From contig MU054187.1 in assembly GCA_013239625.1 (NCBI GenBank), forward strand, positions 23,498,795-23,562,794: 64,000 bases of DNA, given 5' to 3'. Positions 10,803-23,620 of this stretch are shown in pieces. A program made the position numbers and the translations under genes. Every line of letters starts with the position of its first letter. The first letter of the stretch is position 1. The notes below the pieces were generated by a model that was given only the letters and a program-made list of their open reading frames with translations, was not told where the DNA came from and made no database searches. Origin of the DNA: Lama guanicoe. Taxonomy: Eukaryota.

Positions 10803-13789
10803 AGTGAATAATTGGATAGTTTTTGCTTAACTATATTTAAAAAAAAATATGGCTTCACCATTACTAAATTTGCTACAATCTTCACAGCTATCCAGCTTCT
10901 GTTAGGCAACCATATTTTGAGCTATTAAATGTGTATACAACATTATCAGAATAGTACACATTTAAAAACCCACTCACAATTCCATCATTCTAAAATTTGT
11001 CTAATGTTATTTTTCTATAATTTCTATGCCTTACCAACACTCATATTTCAAATACTGTAGTTAATGATACATAAAACTTTATGTTTTACTATTTTATTGT
11101 ATACATTATAATCATATCTTGTTGTTTTATATATTCTTAATTGACCTTTGAAACGATTGCATTATGTTCCATTCAGGTAATGCACTGTTATTTGCTACGC
11201 CACTACCGTATTACTGAATAATCGGGGTTGCCTGCAACATTTTATTCATACTGGCAAGAAAGCTGTAATAAATATTATTGTTCATTTTATATTTACTTCA
11301 TCATTTCAGGATGAGTTGCCATGCATGGGATTACTAATTTGGAAACTACGCACATTTTCCTATTTGTTGTAATACTAATGTTGTGGTTTAAACCTGGAGT
11401 CTTTACTTCAACCTTATTCATAATGATGTAAATAAACACAATATAGTGTTCTGAAGCTTTCAAGTATCATAAGAAGCACAAATAGAAGAATGAACAAATT
11501 GTCAAGAACCTCCCTCATGAAAGTAAAATGTAGAGAAGACAGAGTTAGAAGTAAAAGCATTCATTTAAAAATATGTATTGAATGCTGCCTATGGGCCAGG
11601 TACTACTAATTAAATGTAATCCTATGAATTACTTTTTTATGTCAAGAAAATTATTTTTCAGTTATATTCTAAGTGCTTATTAGAAAAGTTATATTTTTAC
11701 TATGATTCAGAACATCTTTCTTAATATTTTTAATAGTTGTCATTTTTTCCTGTTGATTTTCATGGAATTTTTCAAGTAGATTGTCACATAATTTGCAAAT
11801 AATGATAGCTTTGGTCTCTACCACATTTTAAATATTTATACATGTTAAGGCTCTCTTGCAAAAGACAAAATGAACAGGTGTTTCTAAGAAATTCTGAAGT
11901 GCTGGCTCAACATGTACATATCATCACATAATCCACAAAGGATAAGGGTGATCACAACACTTCTAACTGAAAGTTTAAAAAGGGAACGTAAAGAATGAGC
12001 TGCATTTTTGCTTTACAGAAATATAAGAGGCCAAAAGTGCTACAGTCACAAATGCCAAATATGAAGGAAAAAATTAGAAAAAAATGCTGTTTTCGTAAAA
12101 TTAAGAATAAACTACTTTTATGTGCAGTATAAATCTTGAACTAAACTTATATTGAGGTTAAAGTGATGTGAACCATCTATGGTGAATATGAGCACTTTCT
12201 ATGTAAAAATCTATATAAAGATATATATTATGACAAACATGGAGCAAGAAAATATATATCTTTGATACTGAAAATTTTAGATTATTAATAATTATAACAG
12301 GAAGATTCATATTGCTACAGAATGAAAATGTTTTTCAAGTTAGCTCAAAATTAATATGCTTTCAGAAAATATTTTGCATGACTATATAGAATTTCCCTAT
12401 TTGTACTATAAATTAATATCAAAATAAAATGTACATGATAAAACATATTGTAGTCTCCAAAATATGCACTGTAGACAAATATTAAATGTTCTGTTTTACA
12501 TTAATTAAATAGTTTTACTAAATCTAAAATAAGTGTCTAACTATATGCTTAAAATATTCAAGGTCACCCAAAAATAAAATGACTAGGAAGGAAATTGGAA
12601 AGTCAGGTGATTGTGAATCCATTTTACTGAATTATTTTATACTCACTCCAAAAGTTTACAGAGTCAGGAAATGTCAGAAGAATTTCAGTGTGTTTGGGAG
12701 TAAATCTTAAATCATAATTGAATACAAATATTTTGCAAATCAGTTAATATTGACAATAAAGTGCAGTATTACACATAATTCCCCTTGCTGCCTAAAATGT
12801 TTACCTAAAATATTTGAAAGACTATGTTTTTTTGCTACAAGGAAATTTTAATTAATTTTCTGCTTACATTGCCTTGGCGATTGCTTTCTTTGTTATTATG
12901 TGAATCTAGCCCAATTACAGGGTACTATTAATATTATCAGCACAGAATTAAGCTGCAACTCAAGAGTAGTTTTAGATTACCCTGTTCTGCGCAATTTCTC
13001 TAAGTATTTTTTGTCTGTAAAATACTTTTTGGGTTCTCTGCCAACAGAATATTTTTTAATCATTTTATGGGGTAATATGATACAAGCAATAACAATAAAC
13101 GCTTTCATTTCTTTCCCTTATATATTAAAATTTAGAGCAGTTTTCTGTGATCTTTACTCTGCCAAAAGTTTGTTTTTAAAATAATTTCAAGTACTGACTA
13201 TAATAAGTAATTCAAAACATCAAGTCTGTCTTATTGCATAACAGCCACCATTTCCTGAACTTACTATATATACCTATCATGGAATTTATCAGCCACCAAG
13301 GAAGATAAGTTCAGAGATATTTAATAACTATTTATTGTCTACTGTGTCCAGGGCACTGCGTGATTTGGCAGCAAATGGAGGAGTGGACACAGTCCTTGCC
13401 TGAAGCCGATGGCGAGAGATCTGACTCTGAGTTCATCTCCAGGTCTAAGAGTTTAAGTGTTTTCCCATGCTGATGTAAACAGTGACACACAGCCATGCAA
13501 TATGAATGAGTGACATCGTTAGTGGAGAGCTGAGAGAATTCCTCCAACTGTAAACAACAAATCTAGTCTTTGAGGGTCACAAAAATGGCACAGAATTTAT
13601 AAAACTCACCTTAAACTGTTCTGAATTTCTATAGATGCTGTTCCCTTTCATGTGCCTAGCTCCGTGTGGACCTGTGTAACAGCAGACAGTTTGGACAAGA
13701 CTAGAGATTGAGACATTCTGCTTCTTTACCAACAGCAGCAGAAATCAGAAAGATAGTGCGAATATTTGGTATTTGATAGGGAGAGACCT

Positions 13790-15075
13790 ACAAAGTCAGG
13801 AAGGCCTGGCAAGTTCGAGAAACGGCAGGGGGATAAGTGTGGCTGGAATCGAGGGAGTAAAAGTTAGGAAGGGCAGGTGAGATCAGAGTGAAATGGGCTG
13901 ATCCTGCAGCCTTGTGGGCAACAGAATTAACTTTGGCTTTTCTTCCCAACTTTATTGAGGTACTATTGACAAAAATTGTATATTTTTAAGGTGTACAGCT
14001 TGATGACTGGATGTAAGTATACAATGTGAAATGATTACCTACAGTCAAACTAATAAACTATCCATCACCTCACATAGTTACCAGTTTATGTGTGTGTGTG
14101 TGCGCGTGGTGAGAACTCTTCAGATCTACTCTATTAGCTAATTTCTAGTAAATGATACAATATTAGCTATAGTCACCAGGCTTTAAATCAGGTTTCCAAG
14201 ACTAATACATCATATAACTGAAAGTTTAACCCTTCGACAAACAGCTCCCCATTTCTCTACCACCCCCGCCCTCCCAGTTCCTGGTAACCAGCATTCTGCT
14301 CTCTGTTACTATGAGTTTAAGGTTTTTGGATTCTACGTATAAGTGAGCAATATTTATCTTTCTGTGTCTGGGTTTTTTCATTCAACATAATGTTCCCCAG
14401 ATTTACCTATGGTGTCATAAAGGCAGGCTTTCCTTATTTTAAAAGCTGAATAGTATTCCATTGTGTATGTGTATATATATACACACACACACACACATAC
14501 ATATATATATATTCTTTATCCATTCATCTGTCTTTGGACACTTTGCTTGTTTCACGTCTTGGCTACTGTGAATAATGCTGCAGTGAACTTGGGAACGCAA
14601 AGATCCTTCTGGATGTACACCCAGAAGTGGGACTGTCTGGTAAGAACCTTGACAAACATTGAAGGATTTTACACCAAGTAGTGGTCTGATCTGATGCATG
14701 TTTTTACAGCATCATTCTGCAGGTGGAACTGGCAACAGGCTGGAGGGTTGGGGCAAGGGAGGAAGCAGGGAGAGGAGTGTGGAGGATATTGCTGTATGAA
14801 GGGGAGATGTGGTACTACCTCTGACTAGGACCGTAGCAGTGGATGGGGACAGAAGTGGGTGGATTCTTAATGTATTCTGAAGGTAAAGCTGACAGAGCTC
14901 GGCTCTCAACCTTTCAGATTTTATTTATTAAATCAATGGGAAGATGGGGTTGCCTTTATTTTGGACGGTAAGAGAGCAGCAGAGGAGTCGGCTCACGAAG
15001 AAAGGTCAGTGGCTCAGTTTTAAGCACGCTGACTTTGGCATCTGAGTGGAGAGGTCAAGTGGGAACTTGAATAGG
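13790..15075 (-). mobile_element. L2 fragment interrupted by an L1 3' end
   Basis: Purine-rich L2-like text (GTGTGGCTGGAATCGAGGGAG...GAGATCAGAG; GGTGGATTCTTAATGTATTCTGAAGGTAAAGCTGACAG) flanks the L1 piece. Confidence 0.65.
13945..14640 (-). mobile_element. 5'-truncated L1 (L1MA-like) 3' UTR and ORF2 tip
   Basis: ACTTTATTGAGGTACTATTGACAAAAATTGTATATTTTTAAGGTGTACA...GCTGAATAGTATTCCATTGTG...TTGGCTACTGTGAATAATGCTGCAGTGAAC. Confidence 0.85.
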
Positions 15076-18000
15076 CAAGTCTCAAATGCTTCCCACTTCA
15101 CTTCTCTGAGCCTACAGGGCTGTATCTTGGCTCTTTCAACGATGACCAAACATATTCACTCTGGTGATTTTAACATCTGGGTTTTCTTCTTATTCTGGAC
15201 CACACTGCTTGTTGGGAAATGGCCACCTGGACTCCACTGTTGTTTTTTACTGTTTTATTATTCCCACGCTTAACCCAATAGTCTCTCACATGTAAAGAGC
15301 CATCATTCTCTATTTTGTGGGCTTCATCTTAAAGGAGCCATTTCTGATTGACAATTACATGGTGCCCTCTCCCTGATAAGAGCTAAGCATTTTAAGGGAA
15401 AAACATATTTTCAACTTCTTTTAATTCCAAAAGTTCAGTATCATACATACAGAAAAGACAGTAGATACACTTGAAAAGCTGTGAGTAAATATTCTATGTG
15501 AGTAATGGGATATAGTTGTACAAGTGATGTGAGAAAGGCACGGTTCCAGATTTCCAGGACAATAAAGTTGAAACAGACCAATATGAAACAAAAAAGGAAA
15601 CATTTAAAAACAAAATAAAGTGAATAAGAGGAGTAAATCTTGGCCCAAGGGGAAACGTTAAGCATAGAATGAAAAACAGATTGACATTAAGTACCAAGAG
15701 CTAATGAGCTACTGATTGAAGACCCAAAGAGTTGAACTTTGATCCATTGTAAAGAGTTTAGCCACAAATCAATATTATAGAGATATAATTTAGAACAAAA
15801 TCTTATACCTTTAAACTCTCTCTTTCAATAAGCATCTCTGTTCTCTCTCTCTTATATAATATCTCTTCTTTTATTAAACAAAACTGTCTTGCAAATAAAA
15901 TTGGATCATATCCTGTACTTGCTGGCTTGGCTAAATAGGACATTGTACTTTCAATGAAAGTGAAGCTAGTGTTAACAAATCTGGTTTTTATAAAAGTAAC
16001 AGGAACTCTGATTCTTCAGTAAAATTCAATAGGTGGTCATAAGAGAAGATAAGATCATATTTAAGAACAAATTATTCTGTAATACATGAACAGAAGAACT
16101 TGACAAAGTCAAAGAAACCGAGTTTTAATTTTTTTTTGTAAACGATGAAATGCTTTGCTTATTCAGAGCCACGAGCTTTGCTCTTCTATATTAATTGGGA
16201 AGACATTTTACTGTCCCTCCTTGAATGCTCGTCTGTGACAGCTTTCAGCTTTGCCTCAGCACTAATCTTTGTAGCTCTAGTGTAAAGCACTGACCATTGC
16301 TTATTCCCTTGATATAAAGAACTGATCAGAAGTCCAATAGAACCATCCATTTTTCTCTCTCTTTTTTTTTTTAATTTTGCGCTAAAAGGATTTGAGGTGC
16401 TGGATACAGTACTCTGCAAACTGTCCTCAGCTTTAGGAATAATATAGTTACCCTGCATTATTCCATATGTCAAATTGGGAAATATTGTGTCCTGAAGCAT
16501 ATCCTGGACAAGCTTGGCTGATTCTGCTTTCCCTTTCCTTTCACACCGCTGCATCACTAAATAGTCAATGTCTCTATCTTGTCCAAAGGAACTCTGAGAG
16601 TATTCGTTTGAACAATCAGATCTCGCTACTGTTGTCAGTTCAGCCACAAGGGCGGCGTCAGGTAACACACACAGCTTACATCCTTCAGGGAACACTCTTA
16701 AAAATCGCCTTCTATATAATAAGGACAAAACTTCTCTTCTTATTGCTATTTTGTTTCTCTGTTTCTTGACATTTTGTTCTGATTTTCATTTCCTTGCTTT
16801 AGGTGGTTTACATTCCCCAAAGATAATGAAGCTGCATGGAAGGCTCAATTTTCTCATTCATAAGAACAGAATATATAAATGTGCCCTTATATAAATAAAT
16901 AATAATAGATCAACAAAATAATGTTGATAAAAACATATTTAAAATATTTATTTTATAAATATAAATGTTTTACATATGGATTTTATATTTATAATATATA
17001 TTAATATATATAATTTATTTATATTCCCATATAGAAAGCATATCCAGGTGAATTCACGTTAAATAAATGAATGCCTAGAAAGCTAAATGTATATCGAATA
17101 TCTCCTAAGAGGAAGTTTGCTACCAAAAGAATTATGCTGAAACTCCTATTATAGAGAAAGGCTCCTTTCTAATAAGAAAATAAAATTACCTGACACTATT
17201 ATCTATTAGTTATATCTAGATTTTCCTACTTTTGACTTAAAAATCATACATACAAAATTTAAGCAACTAATACTCATGGAGATCTTGGGCAAGGGATAAC
17301 AAGGTACCAGAATGAAATACTTTCAGTAATGTCATATTGGTTGATTACTATTGTATAAATATGACACTGGCTGTAGTTTAATTACATAATTATTATACTG
17401 AGATCTCTATCCATTAGCCTCAGCACAATGAAACCCACATGAACCATCCCCTGCTTGGAAGAAGTTTATAATCTAGTTAAGAAGCACAGTACAATGAGAA
17501 ATAATCAGAGAATATAGAGACCAAAAACATGTCAACTGGATGTAGAGAATAAATCTAAGAATCACTGGGAAGAGATTTGGGGTTGATGAATAGAAAGGCT
17601 GGGACATGTGGAGGACGCTGAGGATGGAAGTTTTGGAAAAGCAGAAGCTTGCAGAGGAGCCCCAGATATTAAAAATAAAGTGAAATGAGTGTTAGTGGAT
17701 AAGGGTTGAGGAGACAAAGAGGTTTCCAATTTGCGTACATTAGTAATGAAGAAAAGTAGAAAATTAAGTTACGTTAGTAAGAGTGAGATAGTGGGTGATC
17801 CTAACACGTCCTTGAAGGAATAGCCCATAAGGAGCAAACTGTGAAAACCAATGATGAGCAAGTTAAAGGAAAACGTAAAAAGGAGGTGTGCACAAGAGAG
17901 ACCGGCAGAGAGTAGCTTCAGACAGGAGATCAAGTGTGGGGAAATGACATTAACTCAGACGTAAAGGTCGTCTAGACCTCATGGGTACAGAGGAAGAAGT

Positions 18001-18124
18001 TAGAAGACCAAGAGTCACTAACAGTGACAGACAGAATCTGCGGGCTCCGTCAGTGTGGATACCTTCCCCCAGCCTTCCGTGACAGGTGCAGGACCTGTGT
18101 GGGAAGCACTCTCTCCCACACGTC

Positions 18125-18246
18125 CACTTTCAAAACTAGAACACAGGCTGCACGTACCCAAGGTCCGGCTTGTTTTGTTTCCTGCTCCACTGCCAGTGCC
18201 TAAAACGGAGTCTCACCTCAGGAGCTTAAGGAACATTACTTGAATA
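18125..18246 (+). mobile_element. L2 3' end fragment
   Basis: ACTAGAACACAGGCTGCAC...TTGTTTTGTTTCCTGCT...CCAGTGCCTAAAAC...TTACTTGAAT resembles the L2 terminus. Confidence 0.55.
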
Positions 18247-18319
18247 TTTCCTATTTTAAAATATAGCTTAAAATCCACCTGTCTTTGAACCTTTCCCTAA
18301 CTCTTTCAGTGAGCAAAGT

Positions 18320-18545
18320 TTAGGGTAAAAAACATAGATTTGGGGAATCAAGAAGACATGTGTTCAACTAGTGACTACTGCTTGAAAACCTCATAACTAG
18401 GACTCACTACTTATGCTGATTCTCAGTTTTCTCATTTGTAAAACAGAAAATACCATCCACCTTGCAGTATTATTATAAGCTCTAGAGATTGTCGATGTAA
18501 AGTGCCTCGCTTACATTCAGGCACGTTATTAGTTACCCGATTTAC
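18320..18545 (+). mobile_element. MIR SINE
   Basis: Core CTCAGTTTTCTCATTTGTAAAACAGAAAATA followed by ATGTAAAGTGCCT. Confidence 0.75.
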
Positions 18546-20811
18546 GTAGCTGCTAACTAAGAGCGGGTATCAATCAGATCACCCACTATTTGATCTCCTT
18601 TGATCAAATCTTGTGTATTTCTGATTTATATAATTTATCACTTTGCACTAGAGTTAATATGTCTATCTTCTCTCCCTTAATACATCAACTTTTTAGTATG
18701 CCAAATGCCAATCTCTTTTAAGTGTCTCTCTCAAAATTCAGCCTTTTCTCGGTCCAATTTTTTTTTTTATCTATTCAACTAGATTTCAGTACATTCTTTG
18801 TATGTCTCCTTTTCCTTCTGTATCTTAAAAGTACATAGGTTCATGTCTGTCTTCACTCCTGGAGTATGAGCTCCATAAAGACAGGGTGCTACCTTCTATT
18901 AATACATCCTGGATACCTCGTAAACTACCCTGGGCATAATACTTATCAGATGCAAAAGGAGATGAATATAAAAAATTGTAAAGAAGATATCTTCAATAGA
19001 ATTTATTCTTAGGGGAAAAAAAAGCAGGCAGTCGTGAAACAAAGAAATCAAATTCAGAGTAGTGACTCTGTCCTGAAGAGAGTTTTGATTGAGTAATCCA
19101 AGGTAACAGGAAAGCTTAGAGAAACAGGGCTTCCTGTTTTTTTTTTTTTTTACACACCTGTTTTGACATTGAAAATAGCTGCTACTGAATTTCATTTGAG
19201 GGTCAGTCTACGTGCTTTTTATTCATTTCTGATTCCAGGAACCAGTGATCACAGGATCTCATTTTGTCAGTCAAGAGCACTCACTAAGCTCTCTCAATGC
19301 GCAGAGCAAAAACGTTGATGAAAATGATCACTAGGCATAAAGATACTGGTCTCTTCTGAGGCTGGTAACTTAATTAGACAGACAGGAAGAATGAAATGAG
19401 TGTAACCACAGCCAATTTCCTATCATAGTCTCAGATAGGGTTGAAACTTTGGTGACAGCACCATAATATTAAGGTATAAAGCTTAGATGTTGAAATTCAT
19501 CCAGAACAGTGAAAAGAAAATTTTTCAGTTGTCATTGCTATCTTGCAGGATAAACAAATTATTGCATTTTGTTTTCATTTCAACTAGTTGCTGTGGGCTT
19601 AGCTGCAATGAGTAATATATATATGTATACATAGAGAGTAAGTGTTTTTTCACTCCTTGAATCTAAATTAATTAATCTACTTAAGCAAGATATAGCTAAT
19701 TAAGCATTGAAGAGCATTTATAAATTAAAAAACCTATTCATGTGTTTGAACAAAAGCATTGATTTTTCCTGGAAAGTATGATGCTTTTGTGCATATTATA
19801 TTAAATCCAAATTTTAGCTTCCAATAAAGGAAACAGAGTACTTTATCTATTAAAAATTGTATGAAATCTATATTTTCAAAGTACAGCTTCTAGTAGATAG
19901 AAAATTCTGTATAAGTGGGACAATATTTCATTATTTATTGATTCACGTCCACTAAAAAGAGAGCACATTGTTTTATTTTTAAATGGATGGTATGGGTAAA
20001 AATGTGGCTATTTTAATGTACAAATGCCAACAAAAAACATTTTTCATTAACCTTTAAGATTGGTTTACAAATATTGAGAGAACTATATTTTTTAGTATTA
20101 CACTTATATTCACTTTTTAATATTATGTAACTCACTTTTATACACTGACTTTTTGGTGTTATTGTCAGAGAACTCAATGTCATTGAAAAACACGTTTAGC
20201 AAAATGCAAGATTAGTTTTAGCTTGTAATCTTTTAAAAAATAATGTGAATTAGATATATAAATGCTTGACTAAAGAAAACAGCACGTATATATAAAATCA
20301 AAATGATGGTCTCGTAGAGGAAATTTAACTCAAATGGCTACTGGTAGACCTCAAACAAAATGATCAATGCTCCTCTTAAACAGCAACGCTTTAATTGTCA
20401 AAGGAAATTATAAGGATCTGAAAAAGATGTGCAAACCAAAGATAGAGGAGCTGCAGTGCGCCTGGAAGTGGCTAAGCTCCCAAGCAAATCATCTCTATTA
20501 GTTCCTATTCATGATTTAAATTATGCTTTTTTATCTGTTCATAACATGCAGCATTTTTTTCAGCCTCGCATTTCTAGGCATTTCAGTTTCTGCTGACATC
20601 AATGCATTCCCCAAATAGAACGTTAGTTACCACAATCTTCTTCTGCTAGACATTTAAGTCCATTTGTGCGTTTATTTTTTAAGATGCTTCTTTTTTTTTG
20701 AACCTAACTGCAAGAGGTTTGGGAAGGTAGTGTTAGAATGAATGAGGACTTGTTTTCATGTAGACACTTGATCTACCGTTCCAAAAAGAAAAAAAAATCA
20801 CAGCTTCCTAC

Positions 20812-21023
20812 CTTGAAAACAAACATCTCACGGCGAAGAATGGCGAGGGTGTTAAAGTTCCCATCGCAGATGTTGGGTTTGGCTCCAGGATAGGAAGGCC
20901 TGCCAGTGGGAGGCCGGGGAGGTCTGGGCCGGTCATTCTTCCTGGGGTCGGCCGGCGGGATGGAGCGGTGCGGGGGCACCGTCGGCAGAGGTCTCGTTGG
21001 TGGAGGAATCTTGTCAGGTGGAC
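20812..21023 (-). CDS. MMP16: MMP16 internal coding exon (exon 6 by human homology): Pro-rich hinge and start of hemopexin repeat 1
   Basis: Translates as (G)PPDKIPPPTRPLPTVPPHRSIPPADPRKNDRPRPPRPPTGRPSYPGAKPNICDGNFNTLAILRREMFVFK. Acceptor TCCTCTGTTTTCGAAAG|GT and donor AAG|GTAGGA. Length 212 nt, phase 1-0, in frame with the preceding exon. Confidence 0.98.
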
Positions 21024-22941
21024 CTTTCGAAAACAGAGGACAACACTTGGCTCACTTAAAACTGCCCTAGTGCTGGAAAATACGCTGCAGAGGACAGTCA
21101 CTCACAAGCGGAGGGTGCAGACTAAGTGAGCTAAGAGGTCTTTAAGGTTGTATATTTTCTGAGAAAACAAACCATCTTACCCAACAAACCACTGCCAAGT
21201 CTATCAGAATCTGTCCTCATCATGCTCAATTCTGGATCCAAGTTACTAGTCTTTCTCTGTTAATTTTTAATGACTTTTTAAATCGCTTCACCACAATCCT
21301 TATTGGAAAAGCTGCTTTCAGAACTTTTTTGGAAGAAGGTGGTATATAAATAAAAAATACATTACAACGAATACTGGAACCATGAATGCATGCTTTACCA
21401 AAGTTAATCTTAGATTTTGATAGACGATCTACGCAAATATTTCTAACAGATAAACATTAACAAATCAAAGTTTCTTCTATCCTATGTCTCTAACTGTATT
21501 TGGTAAACTTTTCCTGACTTTCATTATTTTCTTCTAATGAAATGTTTTGACAAATTGCTAGAAGAATGTTTCATTTGAATACTGAATCTAAAAGACCTAT
21601 TGATTAAAAGACCACTAGTAAAATATTGATGTGAAGAAGTATTTCTAAAACGAGGTTTCTAAATCACGCTAAAGTTTACATATGTAATTTGGTACAGATG
21701 TAAAAGCATCATTTCTCAAAGGATTTATGTTTTTAAAAAGAAATACAGAGCTGTTCACACTTAATATTTAGATATGGCAAGAATACTCTTGCAGACCCTC
21801 AGTCTAGACGACTAATTCATGAGGTCATGAGAAAGAGCCTCTTTTCAGTTAACTACTCAGGCAGAATTTCTGATGACACACACACAGCATACGCTGCTCA
21901 TTCAACATAGGAGCTATTTGGGTTTGAGACCCAGACATTTCTCTTTTCTCAGCAGCAGCACAGAAGTTGACCTTTCTTTCAAAACTTATTTTAACCCTGA
22001 GAGAATGTTCACCACTGAGACACTGAAATTGAAAAACTAATGAATGCAAAACAAATTAGTGAACTTCAACTACGTTATTTAAAAATGCAAATGACATCTT
22101 CTGGATATTGGATATTAACATACAGCCAGCACACATTTGTCTTTGTATTGTAAAATGAGCATCACTTCATTACTTTTGTGAAGCATATACTCTAATTGTA
22201 AATCATAAATGTCAAGTTCTTAACAATTTTGTGTTAAATAAATGTCTTTATAAAGGTCGATGGTTCTATTGAGGGAGTTAGGATTACAGTAAACATGGGT
22301 AATATTCTTTCTCCTTTTCCTCTTAATTTGCATTCATTGACTGAAGCCCATAAATTAAAATGGTTTGACCCTACTAGAAATTTAGTTTGAATTATGTATT
22401 AGTAAACTTAGCCATTTGTTACCTTTTGCTCTTAGACAATAATTACATGCTTTTGAGGTCATTTTATTACATCCGTGTCACAAGAGTATTTTCACACCTC
22501 TAAATTGGTTTGTCTAGGAGCCATCTAACATCAACTATCGTAAACTGAGAGTTAATTTGTCAGCTTTCACCAAAGTCTTAGTATCTTATATGAAAGCCTC
22601 CTATTTCTCATTGATTTTATTGTTTATATTCACTTATTACATTTTTACCTGAATTTTAAATACTGAAGTTTATCAGATCTTTATTATAACTTCAGGTTTT
22701 ATTTAAACTCAATAAGAAAACTTTATCAGTGCATGGACTTTCCCATCTTTTGCATACTCTGACATCTGGGCTGTCGCCAACCAAACCTGACTGACAGAAG
22801 ACTTTTGCCAATAGACCAGATCGTTTTTTTTCAATATTTGTCTCTCTAATACACGTGGAGCACCTATGTCAAAAAGAGAAAACACAGCAGGAATTCCGGA
22901 CTTCACTGCAAGGTTAACCAAACGAATTAGTGATATCCTAC
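21024..22941 (-). other. MMP16: MMP16 intron 5 (1918 nt, GT-AG)
   Basis: Bounded by the canonical donor and acceptor of the two exons. No obvious interspersed repeats. Confidence 0.95.
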
Positions 22942-23103
22942 CATATATCTTCTGGATGCCCTGCAAATCATCATTAGGTAGTTTGAAGTTGTCAGTTTCC
23001 ATGTACTGGTAAAACGGAGCCATGATGGCAGTCGGGTCATTGGAATGTTCCAATCCCAGAGCATGTCCCAGTTCATGAACTGCTACGAGAAACAAGTCAT
23101 TTC
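22942..23103 (-). CDS. MMP16: MMP16 internal coding exon (exon 5 by human homology): C-terminal half of the catalytic domain
   Basis: Translates as (G)[53 protein letters not shown](G), with the HExxHxxGxxH zinc motif and Met-turn, matching MT3-MMP. Acceptor TTTTTGCAG|GA (AG at 23105-23104) and donor G|GTAGGA (GT at 22941-22940). Length 162 nt, phase 1-1. Confidence 0.98.
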
Positions 23104-23494
23104 CTGCAAAAATGAGAAGAAAAGACACCATGGTAACTAACGTCCAAGTACAGAGTTGAAAAGGGCAGTTTGATATTATCAACGTTTTACCCAAGAGAAA
23201 TAAGGGGAGCTCTTTACTCCAACTATCAATGTGATTTTATTGCCTTACCTACTGGCAAAATCCAATATGCTATTTTAAAAAGGGGGAGGGGTTGGTGTGG
23301 AGGTGTTGATAATGAAGTTACAGAAATTAGGAACTGAAAGAGAAGAACAAAGAATAAAAGTTGAAGAAGGAGCAGGAGCATCAGAAATTGTTGAAATGTC
23401 CTTCCAATGAGAAAGCAAGCACGTAGCACACAGCTCATGCACGTAACTTTCACGTTGAACATAATTATAACACTAATTCAGCAACAGACACAGG

Positions 23495-23620
23495 GCATGT
23501 ACCATCCCTCCTTTTACACAGATAAGTAAATTAAGGCATAGAAGTGGCAAGTCTTGTCAAGAACTAGACTAGAACTTGCAACTGGAACTCAGATTATTAG
23601 AACTCCCAGACTAAGGCTTC
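23495..23620 (-). mobile_element. MIR SINE fragment
   Basis: CCTTTTACACAGATAAGTAAATTAAGGCATAGAAG resembles the reverse MIR core. Confidence 0.55.

Larger units (their letters stand above)
1..20811 (-). other. MMP16: MMP16 intron 6 (partial, more than 20 kb; exon 7 not seen in window)
   Basis: I did not recognise the next hemopexin exon (DQWFWRV...). An exon that short could escape the 60-aa ORF track. Confidence 0.8.

Noticed and set aside
9629..10807. Cluster of overlapping GC-rich ORFs resembling a gene or CpG island
   Set aside because: It lies in an L1 5' UTR; ORFs in several frames reflect GC content.
20773..20811. Exon 6 read-through isoform (VGSCDFFFFLER*)
   Set aside because: Only 12 codons before the stop, as expected by chance, and the donor is canonical.
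23104..23194. Hydrophobic N-terminus of ORF 22709-23194 as a signal peptide of a standalone mini-MMP
   Set aside because: It is the translated polypyrimidine tract, the start is TTG, and the N-terminal half of the catalytic domain is absent.
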